NCBI GenBank assembly: GCA_943358385.1
Contig: CALRGX010000006.1
Span: forward strand, 3,559-67,558
DNA length: 64,000 nt
From: Parcubacteria group bacterium
GTDB taxonomy: Bacteria; Patescibacteriota; Minisyncoccia; Phycocordibacterales; UBA2100
Direction of reading: 5' to 3'
A model generated the notes under the pieces. It searched no databases, had not been told where the DNA came from, and worked only from the letters and a program-made list of their open reading frames with translations. This document shows, in pieces, positions 37,759 through 48,013 of the stretch. A program made the position numbers and the translations under genes. The number at the start of each line of letters is the position of its first letter. Positions within the stretch are counted from its first letter, which is position 1.

Positions 37759-38305
37759 TTGGTGTTGTTTCGCGTGGTTTTGCGAGTGCGTCGATGATGC
37801 GGGTATTGGGGAGCGTGCCGAAGAATGATCCAGGCACGATGAGTTTTGAGTTGCGTACGCCGCTCCCTATCACCACCCACTCGCTCTGTGCAACCGCGGC
37901 ATCCACCAAAATGGGCCACTCGCTCGGCAATCCTACGGGCGTAATGGCCCCATACTCCATTGCGCTTTTACTCACGGCATCTTCCATCTTTGCAAAAGAC
38001 ACTTTCTTTACGGCAAGTGCGGTACGCACAGCAATGTTTACATCCAAGCGCATACTTCCCAGCACCATGCACGCAGCAAATATGTTTGTCTCGCCGCCTT
38101 TGCCTTCCACGATCACGCAGTTGGCGCATTGTGCCGGTGTCACACCATATTCTGTGCAAAACGCTGCAGTATCAGAAAATGATGGGTCAATCGGTGCTAC
38201 CAGCACATTAGCGCTTTGCAGTTGCTCTAAAAGTGCTCGCACTGGCGCCGCGAGTAACTCTGTAGCATCCTGCCACTTTTTGGTTTCAAAATTGCCGTAA
38301 TTCAT
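37754..38305 (-). CDS. YbaK/ProX-type aminoacyl-tRNA deacylase (trans-editing domain).
   Basis: The YbaK/ProRS-editing-like domain has KSAMEYGAITPVGLP and a Gly-rich substrate loop. The start is at MNYGNFE. Confidence 0.65.
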   Translation of the reverse strand: MNYGNFETKKWQDATELLAAPVRALLEQLQSANVLVAPIDPSFSDTAAFCTEYGVTPAQCANCVIVEGKGGETNIFAACMVLGSMRLDVNIAVRTALAVKKVSFAKMEDAVSKSAMEYGAITPVGLPSEWPILVDAAVAQSEWVVIGSGVRNSKLIVPGSFFGTLPNTRIIDALAKPRETTPI

Positions 38306-38327
38306 AGTTTTTCGATTGCTCGTGTAA

Positions 38328-38954
38328 TCAAGGTGCGTACGATACGTCACCAATTGAAAGAATTTCCCAACAGTTCTGCTCAGGGATGTATTCTACTGCA
38401 CTGACACTCGCATTTGGAATGTTGATTGAATACATATAGTCGACAACCACATCTTCGGTCGCAGTATTTCCGTGCTTCATGAATGCAAGTAGAACACCGA
38501 GAATGCCCATATGTGACACAACAGCCACTGCCGACAATGGGCCTTCTTCCAGACACTTTTTTACCCTGAACACTCGTTCTCTCAATTTTTCGAAAGGTTC
38601 ATCGTGTTCAGGAAGCCATTCTGGATATCCATCGCGCGCCGCGCGGACTGCTTCAATCATCTTGTCTTCAGGCAGTGCACGAAAACGATACGCGACCTCA
38701 AACACTCCTTTTCTTTCTCGCAAATCGTCCCATTCTTCGATAGACATTTCCTGCAACGTCATGTTGCGTGCGGTTTCCTTTGCGCGCAGGATGGGACTCG
38801 TGTAAATCATCTTGATGTCGTTGTCGACAAAAAAGCGAGAAAGCCCTGTTAGCTGTGAGATGCCGTCAAGTGTGAGAACGTCATCAATTGGCTGCGCATC
38901 GCCTCCACGAACATTTGAGTGCGCTTCAGCGTGTCGAACCAGGTAGACTTTCAT
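38328..38954 (-). CDS. Histidine phosphatase family protein (second paralog).
   Basis: It has MKVYLVRHAEAHSN (RHG/A motif) and further His phosphatase-like residues. Confidence 0.8.
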   Translation of the reverse strand: MKVYLVRHAEAHSNVRGGDAQPIDDVLTLDGISQLTGLSRFFVDNDIKMIYTSPILRAKETARNMTLQEMSIEEWDDLRERKGVFEVAYRFRALPEDKMIEAVRAARDGYPEWLPEHDEPFEKLRERVFRVKKCLEEGPLSAVAVVSHMGILGVLLAFMKHGNTATEDVVVDYMYSINIPNASVSAVEYIPEQNCWEILSIGDVSYAP

Positions 38955-38999
38955 AGCTGAGATTCTTAAGGTCATTTCCTAAACGCTATACGCTAATCC

Positions 39000-39923
39000 C
39001 TATACGCTTGTCCTTACATATATCCCTTCAGAAATCACCCTGTCTCCACCGGCGAGCTGCAGCTCACCATACTCACAATCACGACCAGGGAAATAGGATT
39101 CCACCAGCTGTAGAAACGAGGTGGGAGTGTAGCCAGCTGCGTAGCCGTTCAGGAGGAGAAATCCGTTCGTTGCGAGAAGCTTGGTGAGCTCGTTCATTAA
39201 TTTCGGTAGGTCTTCCTCGATGTGCCATACCTCGCCTTTTGCACCTCGCCCAAATGCCGGTGGGTCAAGAATGATGCCGTCGTAGGTGTTAGCGCGGCGT
39301 GATTCGCGCTTGGCAAACACTAGTGCCTCATCCACAATCCAACGAATTGCATCTTCCGGAAGCCCCGATAGTTTGATATTTTCTTTCCCCCATTCAATCG
39401 ATTGCTTTGATGCATCCACGTGCGTCACCTTTGCTCCTGCCTGTGCGGCAACAACACTCGCCACTCCGGTGTAACCAAAAAGATTCAAAACTTTTGGCTC
39501 TGTCTTTATCCTATTCGCTATACCCTTTACACTATTCCCTATCCATTCCCAATTGGGCGCCTGCTCGGGAAAAATGCCGATGTGTTTGAAATTAGTAAGA
39601 GTAAGCTGTGCCACTGCAGTATTAAATCGAATGTCCCACTCTTTTGGTTTGTGCGGGCCAGCCCACGAACCTTTACCTTCTTTCATGTAATACGTCGCAT
39701 CGGCTTTGTCCCACAGATTTTTGTCGGCTTTCTTCCAGATCGCTTGGATTTCCGGACGTGCCAGTGTGACATTACCAAAACGCTCGAGCTTCATGCCATC
39801 ACCCGAATCCAGGAGCTCGTAGTGGGGCCATTTTGCATTGAGGTCGTTGCGTACGTGCATAGGTGTATTGTAACGCGGCCACTGTGAAAAGACGAAGCCG
39901 CCTGGCGAGGCCAGGCGGCTCAT
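39000..39923 (-). CDS. Class I SAM-dependent RNA methyltransferase, RlmI/RlmK (YccW)-like.
   Basis: A C-terminal Rossmann motif (LNLFGYTGVASVVAAQAGAKVTHVDAS) and an NPPF-like DPPAF motif are typical of m5C/m2G rRNA methyltransferases. Confidence 0.7.
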   Translation of the reverse strand: MSRLASPGGFVFSQWPRYNTPMHVRNDLNAKWPHYELLDSGDGMKLERFGNVTLARPEIQAIWKKADKNLWDKADATYYMKEGKGSWAGPHKPKEWDIRFNTAVAQLTLTNFKHIGIFPEQAPNWEWIGNSVKGIANRIKTEPKVLNLFGYTGVASVVAAQAGAKVTHVDASKQSIEWGKENIKLSGLPEDAIRWIVDEALVFAKRESRRANTYDGIILDPPAFGRGAKGEVWHIEEDLPKLMNELTKLLATNGFLLLNGYAAGYTPTSFLQLVESYFPGRDCEYGELQLAGGDRVISEGIYVRTSV

Positions 39924-39939
39924 AGAATCAGCACATCAA

Positions 39940-40329
39940 TCAGAACAGCGAGAAAGCTCCGTCCGAGAGATGCAACCACACGAAACTCTTCTTCTCGTCG
40001 CTCGGGATGTCCAGCACTTCATCCGGCACCATGCCGGCAATTGAAGTGATCCGTAGCGCAATTTCTTCTGTGATTTTCTTCTTGTGCTTTGAGCGCTGCG
40101 GATACGCATTCGCGACGATATCGATTGAAAGTGCACGTACATTCTGATCCATGGGACCAGAGCGTCTGATGTGCACTTCCACATCAGCCGTGGTGAGCCG
40201 TGCACGGGGTCCGTCTTCTGCTGAAGTATCTAACGCAGAAGCCACGACCACTAACAGCTGCTCGCCGAGGCGACGCAGCACAGTGTCAGTGAGCATGGGA
40301 TGGTTTGCAGTAACGGTGACGCGTGGCAT
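39940..40329 (-). CDS. Hypothetical protein. Its N-terminal MPRVTV may indicate a Pro1 tautomerase-like fold.
   Basis: ORF. The start is trimmed to MPRVTVTANHP. The tautomerase assignment is speculative. Confidence 0.4.
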   Translation of the reverse strand: MPRVTVTANHPMLTDTVLRRLGEQLLVVVASALDTSAEDGPRARLTTADVEVHIRRSGPMDQNVRALSIDIVANAYPQRSKHKKKITEEIALRITSIAGMVPDEVLDIPSDEKKSFVWLHLSDGAFSLF

Positions 40330-40395
40330 CGCTGTGTCTTTCTCTGTTGCAACTCGTGGCATGGAACCACGTTGCGCTGCTCTATGCAATCCTTA

Positions 40396-41199
40396 CTAAA
40401 GAGCAGTCGGATTCTTTACGCTCCATTGGTGCATCACAATAGCGGCTGCAGTTGCTGCATTGAGTGATTCTGCACGAGCATTCATAGCGATAGAAAGTGG
40501 AATATCGCACAGCTCAAGTGTTTTTTCGCGAATACCTTTTGCCTCGTTTCCCAGTATGAAAAGTGATGGTTTCTCAAATGACTCTTTCTCCACTGGCTGT
40601 CCTTTCATGTCGAGGCCGTACACCCAGAATCCCTTTTCTTTCAGTGCACGCACTGTTTGATTGACGTTGCCAATACGCACGAGTGGCATTCGAAACGCCA
40701 TGCCTGCTGATACTTTCACCACGGCACCCGTTACCTGTGCTTGGTTGTGCTCGGGCATCAAAATTGCTGCAAGACCAAATGCTGCTGCGGAACGAATTAC
40801 GGCACCTACATTTTGTGGGTCGTGTACCTCATCCAACAGAACGAGCCCTGGATTTGTTGAAACATCGAGCGTGGTGAGCCATGTTTCAAAGGGGATCATC
40901 AACTTTTCAGGGTCGATTTGTGCCACCAGGCCCTGGTGTGATGCTTCTTCCAAAATATCTCGTGTTGCACCTGACTCACTGAGGGTGCCTGTTTGAATGC
41001 GGTGTTTTTTAAAGAGATTGAGGATATCCGGAGCGTCTACGTGCGGCGCCACAAAAGCGCGCTCGATAATCTGCGGGCGCTCGGTAAGAGCCTCGCGTAT
41101 AGCGTGCTTACCATAGATATACACGTTCTTCGGCTTTTTGACTTTGCCACCGTCCGTTTTTTTGCTTGTTTTCACATGACGGTTATACCATAGATTCAT
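40396..41199 (-). CDS. rlmB: 23S rRNA (guanosine-2'-O)-methyltransferase RlmB (SpoU/TrmH family).
   Basis: A SpoU substrate-binding N-domain is followed by a SPOUT core (VLLDEVHDPQNVGAVIRSAAAFG ... LFILGNEAKGI ... SLNAATAAAIVMHQW). The start is set at MNLWYN (cat at 41197..41199), immediately after the upstream terminator. Confidence 0.85.
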   Translation of the reverse strand: MNLWYNRHVKTSKKTDGGKVKKPKNVYIYGKHAIREALTERPQIIERAFVAPHVDAPDILNLFKKHRIQTGTLSESGATRDILEEASHQGLVAQIDPEKLMIPFETWLTTLDVSTNPGLVLLDEVHDPQNVGAVIRSAAAFGLAAILMPEHNQAQVTGAVVKVSAGMAFRMPLVRIGNVNQTVRALKEKGFWVYGLDMKGQPVEKESFEKPSLFILGNEAKGIREKTLELCDIPLSIAMNARAESLNAATAAAIVMHQWSVKNPTAL

Positions 41200-41232
41200 T
41201 AAAAAAGCGAGCGGCCACGTTGTGGCCGCTCG
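41197..41232 (-). terminator. Rho-independent terminator on the minus strand (CGAGCGGCCAC gtt GTGGCCGCTCG followed by TTTTTT).
   Basis: An 11-bp perfect stem with a 6-U tail lies downstream of the stop of 41258..41746 (-). Confidence 0.65.
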
Positions 41233-41257
41233 TTCCAGCGCAGACATCTTCCTATTG

Positions 41258-41746
41258 CTAGAAGGGACAGGCGTCGACTCGCTCGTAGGCATATGCTTCG
41301 GTCAGTGCTCCTTTCAGAGCACCGCCCGAAACTAATGCCACTACCCGACACGGTGCATTCTGCGCAATCGCGCTGCGTAGACACGCAGCATTCCTTGGCA
41401 CAAAATGACCCGGTACTAAAAGCGTTTCTGTTCCCAGTGGCGGCACTCGTGTCTCGCCTGGGGCCAGTTTTCGATAGCGCTCCTCCGTGAGCGGCACCTG
41501 CACCTCAAAAAGTGCTGACGCATTGCCCACCCCAAGCCTCACCTGCGCACGAAATGGTGGCCACCACTTGCGTATTAACAGCTGCAGTTCCCGTGGATAG
41601 ATAACAGCGACCGTGATGCCGTTGTTGATTCTGGTGTGCAGGATGCCGAAACTGGTCAGCTGCATGCCATATTCAATCGAGAGCACTTTCGAGCTGGAGA
41701 TCGAGGGCTGTAGTACCTGTCCCATGATGAGTCCCTGAGTTACCAA
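41258..41746 (-). CDS. Hypothetical protein.
   Basis: ORF. A terminator follows it. Confidence 0.45.
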   Translation of the reverse strand: MVTQGLIMGQVLQPSISSSKVLSIEYGMQLTSFGILHTRINNGITVAVIYPRELQLLIRKWWPPFRAQVRLGVGNASALFEVQVPLTEERYRKLAPGETRVPPLGTETLLVPGHFVPRNAACLRSAIAQNAPCRVVALVSGGALKGALTEAYAYERVDACPF

Positions 41747-41851
41747 ACTCTTTTAATTATGCCACAGATAGCTGTACCCCGCAATTCGTTGACGCATTCT
41801 GCACAGCGTGGGACGCTGTGCATAGAAGTAGCCCCAGCGAGGAGGTTCGTC

Positions 41852-42325
41852 ATGAAAAGCTCTCAGTCGAAGTTCTCCGGCAAATTGCTCTCTAGCAGTC
41901 GGTCAGTGCTTGAATTGCTGGCGTCCAGGCATGTGCAGATTCGCGCCACGATTCTTGATACCAAGGGCGAACGCGTCCAGGACGGCAACCGCAAGCCGCA
42001 TACGCTCACCACAAATCAGACATACGTACTGTTACCCGGCTTTGGCGGCAAAAAAGAGTTCACGCCCATTGTCGTGTTTGGCCTCGTTAAAGGCGAAACG
42101 TACCCAAAGGGGGTGATTATTCCCCACTCTCCCGACGAGTATGTTGATGTGAGCAGGATGCGCGTAGAGAAAGACGTCGTCCATTTTTATGACGATCCAC
42201 GTCGACTCCTAACGGTGCCGCACTCACACGTACTCTCGTTTTTGCGCGACAAGCTGGTGATTATCACCCTCTTGCACCGCAAGGAACGCGCCGATACCGT
42301 GCGACGAATCGCTGCTCAGACATAA
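41852..42325 (+). CDS. Hypothetical protein.
   Basis: A GAGGAGG RBS lies 7 nt before the ATG at 41852 (MKSSQSKF). Confidence 0.45.
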   Translation: MKSSQSKFSGKLLSSSRSVLELLASRHVQIRATILDTKGERVQDGNRKPHTLTTNQTYVLLPGFGGKKEFTPIVVFGLVKGETYPKGVIIPHSPDEYVDVSRMRVEKDVVHFYDDPRRLLTVPHSHVLSFLRDKLVIITLLHRKERADTVRRIAAQT

Positions 42326-42345
42326 CGCATATTCTGCAAAACACG

Positions 42346-42368
42346 AACGGGAGGCCTTGCCTCCCGTT
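42346..42368. terminator. Bidirectional terminator hairpin (AACGGGAGGC ctt GCCTCCCGTT).
   Basis: A 10-bp stem sits between convergent genes. On the minus strand it is followed by GUUUUGCAG. Confidence 0.5.
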
Positions 42369-42396
42369 CTCGTGCTGTATCTATCACCAATTCCAA

Positions 42397-43782
42397 TTAA
42401 TCCCCTTGGCGGTCGCGATTTTCTGGGCGTTGCGGCAAGCGTGTTGGTTGGAAGCGACGCGGTTCAGAGTGCCTTGATGAAGAACCGCCGTATGACGGGC
42501 GCGCACTCGAGTACGAACGTTCGCGTTGTGGCGGGCGTGATGATGAGCGGCCGTATGAAGAGCCGCCTGAACGGCCTCCTGACGATTGGCGAGATCCGTA
42601 ACGCCGTGGTTCGTCGTCTTGCATCACGGGCATGCTGCGGTGAGCAGGCAAATCGTGAGGCACCGGTGTCACCGTAAGCGGCTGACGAATCAGGCGTTCG
42701 ATGTCGCGCATGTCGCGGCGCTCATCTGGCATGGCAAACGTGATGGCATGACCTTCAGCACCAGCACGGGCAGTACGTCCAATACGGTGCACGTAGTCTG
42801 CGGTTTGCATCGGCATGTCGAAGTTCACTACCAGTTCGATGCCGCGCACATCAATACCACGGGCAGCGATGTCTGTTGCTACGAGCACCCGGTACTTACC
42901 CGACTTGAACCCTTCTAGAGCGTCTTTGCGCTGTCCAAGTGAGCGGTTGCCGTGAATTTCTGCAGCATTGTGGCCCATGTTTTTTACCAGCTGTGTCAAA
43001 CGCTTGGCACCGTGCTTCGTGCGTGTAAAGACAATGGTTGAGCCAGTGAATTTAGTGAGTACTTTTTCAAGCAGACGCGCCTTGTCGCTTTTTGGCACAA
43101 TGAAAAATTCCTGTGTCACACGCTCGGCAGTTGAGCCCTGTGGCGCAACCTCGATCGACACAGGTGTTCGCATGTGCTGCGTTGCCAATTGCATGATTTC
43201 TCGCGAAAGTGTCGCAGAGAAAAGCATCGTCTGGCGATCCTTTTGTAGTGAAGAAATAATATTTTTAATTTGTGGCCAGAATCCCATGTCGAGCATGCGA
43301 TCTGCCTCATCGAGTACAATTTTTGACACACCGGTGAGGCGGATAGTTCCTTGTTCCAAGTGATCATTCAAACGTCCTGGTGTTGCGATAACGACATCCG
43401 GGTTGCGCTTCAAGGCTGAGAGCTGTGGGCCCATTGATTGCCCGCCAATCAAAAGCGCGGTCTTGATACCGAGTGGGCGCCCGATTTTAAGGAATGTTTC
43501 CTCTACCTGCATCGCCAATTCGCGCGTAGGCAAGAGAATAAGCGCCTTTCCTTCACCACCATTGGAAAAATGTTGGATAAGCGGAATACCGAAGGCAAGC
43601 GTTTTGCCGGTGCCGGTCTGTGCTACACCAATGACATCCTTGCCTTCGATGGCATGCGGAATAGCCTGGAATTGAATAGGGGTAGCGTGAGTAAACCCGA
43701 GCTTGGTGATCGCTTCAAAAATGTTTGGCGCAATACCAAGACCCTCAAACGTATGCGCCACTGGCGCAGGAGTATCTTTCAT
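42397..43782 (-). CDS. DEAD-box ATP-dependent RNA helicase with a C-terminal Arg/Ser/Gly-rich tail.
   Basis: It has a Q motif, AQTGTGKT, PTRELA, DEAD, SAT and HRIGRTAR motifs, followed by a low-complexity RGG/SS tail. Confidence 0.9.
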   Translation of the reverse strand: MKDTPAPVAHTFEGLGIAPNIFEAITKLGFTHATPIQFQAIPHAIEGKDVIGVAQTGTGKTLAFGIPLIQHFSNGGEGKALILLPTRELAMQVEETFLKIGRPLGIKTALLIGGQSMGPQLSALKRNPDVVIATPGRLNDHLEQGTIRLTGVSKIVLDEADRMLDMGFWPQIKNIISSLQKDRQTMLFSATLSREIMQLATQHMRTPVSIEVAPQGSTAERVTQEFFIVPKSDKARLLEKVLTKFTGSTIVFTRTKHGAKRLTQLVKNMGHNAAEIHGNRSLGQRKDALEGFKSGKYRVLVATDIAARGIDVRGIELVVNFDMPMQTADYVHRIGRTARAGAEGHAITFAMPDERRDMRDIERLIRQPLTVTPVPHDLPAHRSMPVMQDDEPRRYGSRQSSGGRSGGSSYGRSSSRPPQRERSYSSARPSYGGSSSRHSEPRRFQPTRLPQRPENRDRQGD

Positions 43783-43957
43783 GTGTTTTTTAACACCAGA
43801 GAAACAAGCATTGAGAGCTAAAGTGAATCAAAGGTTTTTCGAGTGCTTAAAAGGCATTATAGCATGGCAGATTTCTTTTGTCTAGACACCTTTTTTATGG
43901 CGTGGTATATTCAACTCGGTTGCTCTTTAAGAGCATCGCACGCAAGGAGACTTGCAC

Positions 43958-45004
43958 ATGAAGTTCGCACATTCAGCCGAGACCGTCACTTTCTTCCGCC
44001 GTGGAGGCTTCTGCTTCCGCACATTGGAAGACCATGCGATTGCGGCGGCACAAACCGCGGCACGCGCCGTGCAGCCGATTGGATTCGGCGAACGTCAGAC
44101 CAAAGCTATAGCAGAGGTCACGACTCTCGTCATCAACCAAACCTACGCACTCGTCGAGTGCGCCAAGACGGATCAGCCGATGCAGGTGTTGGTCAGGAAT
44201 GGCCAAGACACCATCATTGCTGTCGCCGTCGAGGTGCACGCTCAATTCCTTCGCTTCAAGAATGAAAGCGGGAAGCACATCGATGTGAGCGCGGGCCGCT
44301 ACTATCTGAACCTCCTCGTGAGATTTGGCGTGAAGCCGGCCCAACCATCGATGGAGACTGTACTCCAAAGCATCCGTCGTATCATCCGCGAACTCCCGGA
44401 TACCGGAACGCGGTCTGACGACCTGAAAAGCATCCGCGGCATCGGTGTCCTCATCGAGAAGAAGCTGCAGAGCTTGGGCATCACTCGGTGGACACAGATC
44501 GCCAACTGGACCCAGGCCGACATCGACCGCGTCAGCAACGTCCTCGACTTCAAGGGACGAATCGAACGCGAACAATGGGTCGAGCAGGCTCGAATTCTCG
44601 CCGGCGGCGGTATGACTGAATTCTCACGTCGCACCGACCGTGATGATGCGAAGACGTTCAAACCAGCTCCGCAACCAAGCACTGCTGCATCAGCGTCATC
44701 GGTCGCAGCTGCAGCGTACGCTGCCTACGTTGCCACGCGCGCTACCATGGGCACTGACAGCAGCAACTTGCAACGAATAGGTGGCATCACTGCTGCCTAC
44801 GAGAAGATACTCAATGCGTGCGGGATCACCACCATTCGGCAAATCGCCGAATGGTCGGAATACGACCTCGCGGTCGTGAGCAGGCATCTCTGCATCCAAC
44901 GCGGCGTTTTTGCACAAATGCACTGGCGTGAACAGGCACAGCACCTGATCAAGCCTGAGGGCGAGAATCACGCCCAGATGACGCTGCATCTACGCAGTAA
45001 CTAG
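43958..45004 (+). CDS. Hypothetical protein with two tandem helix-hairpin-helix-like repeats.
   Basis: Two copies of the pattern L-x-x-I-x-G-I-G-(8)-L-x-x-x-G-I-T-x-(I/W)-x-Q-I-A-x-W-(4)-D-(13)-G-R-I-x-R-E-x-W-x-x-Q-A are present (DDLKSIRGIGVLIEKKLQSLGITRWTQIANWTQADIDRV... and SNLQRIGGITAAYEKILNACGITTIRQIAEWSEYDLAVV...). An AAGGAGA RBS lies 7 nt upstream. Confidence 0.5.
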   Translation: MKFAHSAETVTFFRRGGFCFRTLEDHAIAAAQTAARAVQPIGFGERQTKAIAEVTTLVINQTYALVECAKTDQPMQVLVRNGQDTIIAVAVEVHAQFLRFKNESGKHIDVSAGRYYLNLLVRFGVKPAQPSMETVLQSIRRIIRELPDTGTRSDDLKSIRGIGVLIEKKLQSLGITRWTQIANWTQADIDRVSNVLDFKGRIEREQWVEQARILAGGGMTEFSRRTDRDDAKTFKPAPQPSTAASASSVAAAAYAAYVATRATMGTDSSNLQRIGGITAAYEKILNACGITTIRQIAEWSEYDLAVVSRHLCIQRGVFAQMHWREQAQHLIKPEGENHAQMTLHLRSN

Positions 45005-45033
45005 CCTTTGCCACCGGCAGGCTTCAAGAATAC

Positions 45034-45060
45034 AAGAGGAGACCCTTAGGGCCTCCTCTT
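45034..45060 (+). terminator. Terminator hairpin (AAGAGGAGACC...GGCCTCCTCTT) followed by TTCTATTTGT.
   Basis: An inverted repeat with a U-rich tail lies after the stop at 45004. It is also downstream of the convergent gene 45073..45948. Confidence 0.6.
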
Positions 45061-45072
45061 TCTATTTGTATA

Positions 45073-45948
45073 CTACGCGCCCTCGCCATTAAGCTGCTTT
45101 GCCATCACCTCGATGGGTAGTGTGTAGATGCTGCATTGCTTACCGAAATGCGCCTCCAACTGAATACGTCGCTCTCGCGCTATGTTGCGCACTTTTTCAA
45201 AACCATCGTATTTATGTCGTGTTTCCATGGTTGGCCACGAACTCTGATACACCAAACGTTTCAACAGGTAGCTATTTGCTTTATGTTGAAATGTTTCAGG
45301 ATATTCTAGTGCGCGCGCCACAATCGGATGCTTCATATACGCATCGATCAGTTCCGGCGTTCTAAAAAAGAAGTACGGCTCATGTGATACCTTTGTACGT
45401 CTGCACCACTCCAACGGTGCGGCGTAGCCCGCCTGAAAGTGTAAAACTGCCGTCGGTATGCCTGAAACCATTTCAGTCTCGTACATCTGCTCACCCCCTC
45501 CCAAAATGGCAAGCCCACCCATACTCTCCACTGTTTTGAGTAAATACACTTGGAGATAGCGAAACGGGTAGTTTGCGACATACCCTTCTTTCACATAGGT
45601 ATCAATGTCAGAGCGTATAAACTTTTCCATGTCGATGGGCACAATTTTTTGCTCCACCCGGTGCGCTTTACACCACTTTTTTGCGTATGCAATATCGTAT
45701 GCGTTGGTACCTGCAGTATGCTGGAAGGTGAGGGCACGAAAATGAATTCCCTGGCGATACAACGATTCGCACACCACTTCACTATCAATGCCCCCACTAA
45801 AACACACCCAAATAGGCTTATTGAGACGACTGGCTTCACTCGCCACATCTCGTGCTGCGGCATCCACCTCGTCGTAGAAATTCTTTGAGGGGCGCGTGCG
45901 TGGTAAAAAAGCAATGGAAAATTGCTGATCACCTTCGGGTGTACCCAT
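45073..45948 (-). CDS. PP-loop superfamily ATP pyrophosphatase (PAPS-reductase / QueC-like N-type ATPase).
   Basis: It has the SGGxDS P-loop (VCFSGGIDSEVV) near the N-terminus. The start is at MGTPEG. Confidence 0.6.
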   Translation of the reverse strand: MGTPEGDQQFSIAFLPRTRPSKNFYDEVDAAARDVASEASRLNKPIWVCFSGGIDSEVVCESLYRQGIHFRALTFQHTAGTNAYDIAYAKKWCKAHRVEQKIVPIDMEKFIRSDIDTYVKEGYVANYPFRYLQVYLLKTVESMGGLAILGGGEQMYETEMVSGIPTAVLHFQAGYAAPLEWCRRTKVSHEPYFFFRTPELIDAYMKHPIVARALEYPETFQHKANSYLLKRLVYQSSWPTMETRHKYDGFEKVRNIARERRIQLEAHFGKQCSIYTLPIEVMAKQLNGEGA

Positions 45949-46050
45949 CTGATACAAAAGTGCGCTCACAGAGATATAGTAGCAAGTGCGCGCGTGGTTC
46001 CACAATGAAAAAGCAGCCTGGCGGCTGCTTTTTCAAAGTCGTATGTGCGG

Positions 46051-47817
46051 TTAGCGCGGCTTTACACCAGGCTGCTTGCGCAGGCGTACGTTGTCGGGAG
46101 TGATTTCCAAATATTCGTCTTCGGCCATGATTTCAAGCCCGCGCTCGATCGTGAGCGTAAATGGCGGTGTGAGTGTAATAGCTTCGTCTGAGCCAGATGC
46201 GCGCACGTTGGTGAGGTTTTTTCCTTTAGTAGGGTTTACATACATCTCATCACCTTTTGCGGTGTTGCCCAACACCATACCTTCGTAGACTTCAACGGCT
46301 GGGCCGATGTAGAGAAGGCCACGTTCCTGCAGATTCCAGAGGGCAAATCCAGAAGACTTTCCTTTTTCCATAGATACCATCGATCCCACTACACGTTTTT
46401 GTATTTCCCCGGCGTATGGGCGGAATTCAATAAAGCGAGAGGCAAAAATTCCCTCACCTTTTGTATCAAGAATGAATTGGCTGCGGAAACCAAGAAGCCC
46501 CCGTGTTGGTCCCTCAAACGTGAGTCGAACATTTGGCCCGTCTACCTGCATATTCGTCATGATGCATTTGCGCAGGCCGAGGCGCTCAATAACTGCTCCT
46601 TGGTACTCCGACGGCACATCAATCACCACTTCTTCGTATGGCTCGTGCTTGGTGCCTTCTACTTCATGGAAAATTACCTGGGGTTGTGATACCTGCAGCT
46701 CGAATCCTTCGCGGCGCATATTTTCCAAAAGAATAGCAACGTGCAATTCACCACGGCCCGATACTTTGTAGGCATCGTTGTTAGAGAAATCGACCTTCAA
46801 GCCCACGTTGATCTCAAGCTCCTTTTCAAGACGCTCGCGAATTTGACGGGTGGTGACAAATTTACCTTCGCGGCCGGCAAATGGTGAGTTGTTTACGAGG
46901 AAGGTGAGAGAGATGGTAGGCTCGTCTACGTGAATTGCAGGGAGCGCCTCAGTGGTCTCGCTGTCGGTAATTGTTTCCCCAATGGTGATATCTGGGATGC
47001 CCGCAATCAAGGCAATGTCGCCTGCGTCAACTTTTTCGTTTTCGACGCGCTGGAGGCCGTTAAAGCCAAAAAGCTTCACCAACTTTCCTGTTCGCGTGAC
47101 ACCTTCAGGATTACGGACAAAAACCGTGCTTCCGACCTTCAATTCTCCTTCGTACACACGGGCTATGGCAAGGCGGCCGAGGTAGTTGTCGTACCCGAGG
47201 TTAAATGGCTGTGCGCGCAGTGGCTTTGCTACCAATTCCGGAGTAGAGGATGAATGAATGTGGGTGAGAATGGTGTCGAGAAGTGGTGTGAGATCTTTGC
47301 GTTCGTCATCAAGCTTTTTCATCGCAACTCCTTCACGGCCAATAGCGTAAATTACAGGAAAATCTGCCTGTTCGTTCGATGCACCAAGCTCGAGGAACAA
47401 CTCCAACACCTGCTCTTCACAACGATCAGGGTTCGCCGCCGGCTTGTCTATTTTGTTGATGACGACAATAGGGCGCAAGCCGAGTTCGAGAGACTTTTTG
47501 AGTACAAAACGTGTCTGCGGCATAGGGCCTTCCTGTGCATCAACAATCAAAAGGACTGAGTCGATTGAGCGCAGTACGCGTTCAACTTCAGAGCCAAAAT
47601 CGGCGTGGCCAGGAGTGTCTACGATGTTAATCTTCGTGTCTTTATACGAAATAGAGGCATTTTTAGCGTAAATGGTGATGTTGCGCTCGCGCTCAAGGGC
47701 GTTGCTGTCCATGGAGGTACCATCCTCTACGACGCCTGCCTGTTTCAAAATGGCATCGGTAAGCGTGGTTTTGCCGTGGTCCACGTGCGCAATAATGGCG
47801 ATATTTCTGATTTCCAT
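46051..47817 (-). CDS. typA: Translational GTPase TypA/BipA.
   Basis: It has [19 protein letters not shown] (G1), DTPGHADF (G3) and NKID (G4), with EF-G-like domains II to V. The start is at cat 47815..47817. Confidence 0.95.
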   Translation of the reverse strand: MEIRNIAIIAHVDHGKTTLTDAILKQAGVVEDGTSMDSNALERERNITIYAKNASISYKDTKINIVDTPGHADFGSEVERVLRSIDSVLLIVDAQEGPMPQTRFVLKKSLELGLRPIVVINKIDKPAANPDRCEEQVLELFLELGASNEQADFPVIYAIGREGVAMKKLDDERKDLTPLLDTILTHIHSSSTPELVAKPLRAQPFNLGYDNYLGRLAIARVYEGELKVGSTVFVRNPEGVTRTGKLVKLFGFNGLQRVENEKVDAGDIALIAGIPDITIGETITDSETTEALPAIHVDEPTISLTFLVNNSPFAGREGKFVTTRQIRERLEKELEINVGLKVDFSNNDAYKVSGRGELHVAILLENMRREGFELQVSQPQVIFHEVEGTKHEPYEEVVIDVPSEYQGAVIERLGLRKCIMTNMQVDGPNVRLTFEGPTRGLLGFRSQFILDTKGEGIFASRFIEFRPYAGEIQKRVVGSMVSMEKGKSSGFALWNLQERGLLYIGPAVEVYEGMVLGNTAKGDEMYVNPTKGKNLTNVRASGSDEAITLTPPFTLTIERGLEIMAEDEYLEITPDNVRLRKQPGVKPR

Positions 47818-48013
47818 AAAATAAAAAGGCGGCATTGCCGACGCGAAAAACAATAGCATACGTTTCTATTTTTGTATAGGCCAGGGCACGCTTCTGGCCT
47901 AAAAAGAGCGAATTTGTGGCGAGGTTATCCCCAAATACTTGACATTTACGCATTATCTGAGATATTCCATAAGGAAACGCTCGAAGAAAATTCAACAAAA
48001 CAGGAGTCGAACC

